Assembly (NCBI GenBank): GCA_013239625.1
Contig: MU054323.1
Coordinates: 2,480,001-2,544,000, forward strand
Reading direction: 5' to 3'
Length of the DNA stretch: 64,000 bases
DNA from: Lama guanicoe
Lineage: Eukaryota
The notes beneath the pieces were generated by a model. That model was not told the origin of the DNA. It did not search any database and worked only from the letters and a program-made list of their open reading frames with translations. The translations under genes and the position numbers were made by a program. Shown here piece after piece: positions 60,581 to 64,000 of the stretch; within the stretch, counting starts at the first letter, position 1; each line of letters opens with the position of its first letter.

Positions 60581-63500
60581 TTCTGTTTTTGCTTATACAG
60601 GTGACAGAGGGGAGGTGATTTAACCTCCCGAATTGTCCTGGCAATGGTCCCACTTACCCCTTGGCTCAACATCATGTTGCTGTGACCAAGGGGACCACCT
60701 GCCATTTCTCGTCCGAGGTGCCTTAGTTTCCCCAGCTCCACCTGAGCCCTTTTGAAAGACTGGACCAGAGTTCTACTCATTGAGTAATTGGGTCAGGATA
60801 TTTTTGTATTCTCTTCATAGGAGTGAAAATGGACTTTAGATGTTAGAGAATAAAATAGACTTTAGACGTTGGCGGAAAGGATCAAGTAGTCATGCAAAGG
60901 TAAATGCAGTGTCCAGAATAAGAGTTGAATCCTCCTTGTTCTATTTATATGTGCAAATTACTTAACCACACAGGTTACATTACCAGTCGGGAATGCCTCC
61001 ACCTGACCAAATATATATTAGTGCACATTGGCATCAACCTCCATTAACATAATATTAGCCATTATGGGAGCATTACAACATCATCCTACTCAAATGTGAC
61101 ACAGAGCAGAGTGTCACAGACACCTCAATGCACTGGACCCTTAAGTCGAAATGGAAAGTTAAAATCACCTTCAGCAGGCAGCCACTGGCATTACTTCATA
61201 TTTACATTAGTTTTGCTAATCTAGTCGAGTGAACTTTTTCCCTAAGAAAATGTAATAGGAATATGTTATTTGAAAATTTTATGTGGTCAGCAGCTGTCTA
61301 AAGTCTTAATTCCTGTTTTCAGCAGAATAAGTGGCAAATGCAACCAGGAAGAAAAAACAGCAGTTTCCCCAGTGCTAGTGAAGGCAGCGGGCAGTGGAAA
61401 ATCCGTGCAAAGTCTTTCCAGGAAAATGTTCCTACAGATCGCTTTGTAAGTACTCAAATGCTGGCATCAAAAAAAAAATAGATCCACATGTTTCTTAATG
61501 AGATTGAGCAAAAGAATTGGAAAAGCCCCCCAGAAATCAGGAAACAGAGGCAGAGACAGGGAAAGCAGCTTGAGAAAGTCACACAGCAGGAGAGCGATCA
61601 CAGTCAAGGAGCCAGGTTCTGCAGACTTTGTCCACTGCCCCACTTTGTACTGATCCCCAGGGTCCTCTGCATCGATGGAGGCGGGAAGGGAGCTCCACTA
61701 CACCCCTGCTATTGCTCCACCCAAAGGTTAGTCACATGTCCAGTGATGTCCTGCCGCGACCTGTGGTTCATCTCAATACTTGCCTGATCAATTACAAAAG
61801 CAAACATAGGGCCACGTTGCAACTTCTGCCTTTTTCTGTCCCAGAAGTTCAAGCAGAAGCATAGTTTGTATTTACATCTTCTGTGATTTAAAGAAGGTGA
61901 ACGAGTGTGGTAGAAAGAGAGTTGTTCAGCTATAACCTGGAACAATTACCCAATCTTCGAGCCTCCTAAACCAGGACAACAATATTTTTCTCATACTTTC
62001 TGTAAGACCTGAATAGCATACTGTATAGAAAGCTTATCCTGAGGGAGTTATTCAGTAAACTGGAGCCAGTAGTATACACATATATATAATATGAATAATA
62101 ATAACATACAATAATTCCTTTGGTTGCCATGTTTTGAGGCAACGTGCACTTTGAGACGAGGAAGTGCTGGCCCCAGGAGCAGAGACAGAACTTAGAAAGT
62201 GCAACGTGCAGGGAACACCAGTGTCCTCAGCATGGACAGCAGCACTCCCTGCCTCTCCATCTTTATTGCAACTGGATAGGGCTCTAGCAGCCTAGAACCC
62301 ACTCCATTCAAGGGCTTTACTTTCTTGCTCCCTAGTTTCCTTTTAAAAAAAAAATGTGTAAGACCAACATTTATCTTCCAGGACTATTTTGTGGATTAAA
62401 TAGAATAATGTGTGTAAAAGTTACCCAAATATACGGTGGTGCTATTTTTAATAAAGAGATGGTGTGTGACTAATTGATGGATGAGATGGTACCTGAAGGG
62501 GTTGAAAGGGCAGTAAAAAGAGAATAATGTTGAGAGAGATGTCTCTAGAGAGAACGTACTGATAAAACAGATCGAGAAAATGACTGAAATCAAAGAGCTG
62601 GAAAAGTATGACTGCGGAAGAGCCGACTACTGGGGTGTGTCCTCAGAATGAGCCCAGCTGCCTGCCTGGAGCTGGGTGCAAGGGAACAGGCGATGGTTTG
62701 TGATGGGCACCTCTGCCTCCCTTGAACAGACCAACTGGAAGATACCCACGTGGGCCAGAACCTACACAGGGTATGGGCTGGTGTTGGGAGGCCCCGTTGA
62801 GAACTGATGTGAAGGGTGGGAACTCCCTGGTTTTCCCAGACCACGTGCCTGTGGCACCACACAGCCAGAGAGAAAGCTCTCAGTGAGTCCTTCACCTGGC
62901 AGATAGATCATCCTTTGGTTCTGTGTTTTGCAGGACAGTTATTTTTGTTTGTTTAAAGATGTAAGTGTACGTTAATCTCTTTGGAGGAGAGAATTAAGAG
63001 AGGTCTAATACTAGGGGGTGTTTTGTATTCCTCAGGAGATGGTCAGTCGGCTGTAGCCACAGGAGGGGACACCGGAGAGGCGCAGGAAAACTAGGTTTAT
63101 GGTTACTCGTGGGTCCTAGAGAGGCAGAGTCACTGCACGCTGTGAGGGAGCCACACGGAGGGGACTATCAGGGGAGGGGGCTCAATCAAGCAGGTGGGGG
63201 CTGAGAGAGTGAGGATCTGTGGACAGTGCCTTTATGGGGGGTCAGGGTGGGGAACACCAGCAAAAGGCACGAGGGGATTTCACTGGTGTGTGTGATTACC
63301 ACTACTAGGTCACAACCAGGGGAGGACAAAGAGGGGAACTTCTGGCGGGGACCAGCCTTATCACACTGGCGCACCTAGTCACCAGGGCCTGTTTGCGGGG
63401 ATGTTAAGGCAGCAGGAAAATACAAAGTTGTAACATTTACAGTACAAAAAGTTGACTATTTAACCAACACTATGATTCCAGTAGCAAGAGAAGTGTGCAC

Positions 63501-63771
63501 ATCCTCCTTCGAAGCATCTAAGTTAAAAGGTGGAAGAGGTGAGCCTGAAAGTAAAAGCTGTTCCCAGGTTAAAATGCAGAGAGGAGAGATTATGGAAAAG
63601 TTGTAGAGAAATTGGAACCAAAGATATCCTTAGGAAATGTTTTTCTCTTACCCCTTTGTTTGGTCTAAGAGGCATCAAGACTTGAGAATTTCTGTATGTG
63701 AATTACAGCAAAGATGTAAGTGACTTAGTTCACAATATGCACGCAATACACATCTGCACGTACCCTCCCCG

Positions 63772-63811
63772 GCACATACGCATGCACACACACACGCACA
63801 CGCGCACACAT
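63772..63811. repeat. Degenerate (CA/CG)n alternating tract
   Basis: Seen directly. Confidence 0.9.
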
Positions 63812-64000
63812 CCCACACACCTGAGCCATTTGTTTACGGATGAATCTCCAAGTGACCGCTACCGCCTTTGGCACAAAAGATGCACTCAATCAATACTCAT
63901 ATAAAACTCATGGAATAAGTTAATGAATAAATGAATGGGAGAAAGAGCAAGAGACAGAGGGAAGGAGGAAGAGCGAGACACACACACACAGAGTGAAAAG

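Noticed and set aside
1..64000. The ORF track entries (60-179 aa) as genes
   Set aside because: I recognise no protein family other than L1 ORF2 remnants. Many start at non-ATG codons, overlap in several frames, or lie in repeats. Their lengths fit chance in mammalian DNA.
1..64000. CRISPR arrays, tRNA/rRNA/snRNA genes, operons or defence systems
   Set aside because: No regularly spaced repeats or recognisable structured RNA genes were seen, and the sequence is clearly mammalian.

Overview
This is mammalian non-coding genomic DNA, intergenic or intronic. No convincing protein-coding gene, RNA gene, CRISPR array or prokaryotic-type system is visible. The short ORFs in the track are chance ORFs, LINE-1 ORF2 remnants or translations of simple repeats. 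The window is a mosaic of old interspersed repeats: L1 of several ages, L2, MIR, MaLR/ERVL solo LTRs (MLT1, MLT2) and hAT MITEs (MER3, Charlie4z-like, MER91-like), plus microsatellites. Several insertions are nested and retain target-site duplications. An artiodactyl-type L1 3' end, together with no visible Alu, B1/B2, Bov-tA/BovB, PRE1, CHR or Can-SINE, tentatively suggests a camelid. A few repeat-free, motif-dense or CpG-retaining blocks are candidate enhancers. I found no evidence of a novel biological system. Repeat family names come from my recollection of consensus sequences, not from a database search, so subfamily calls and boundaries are approximate.
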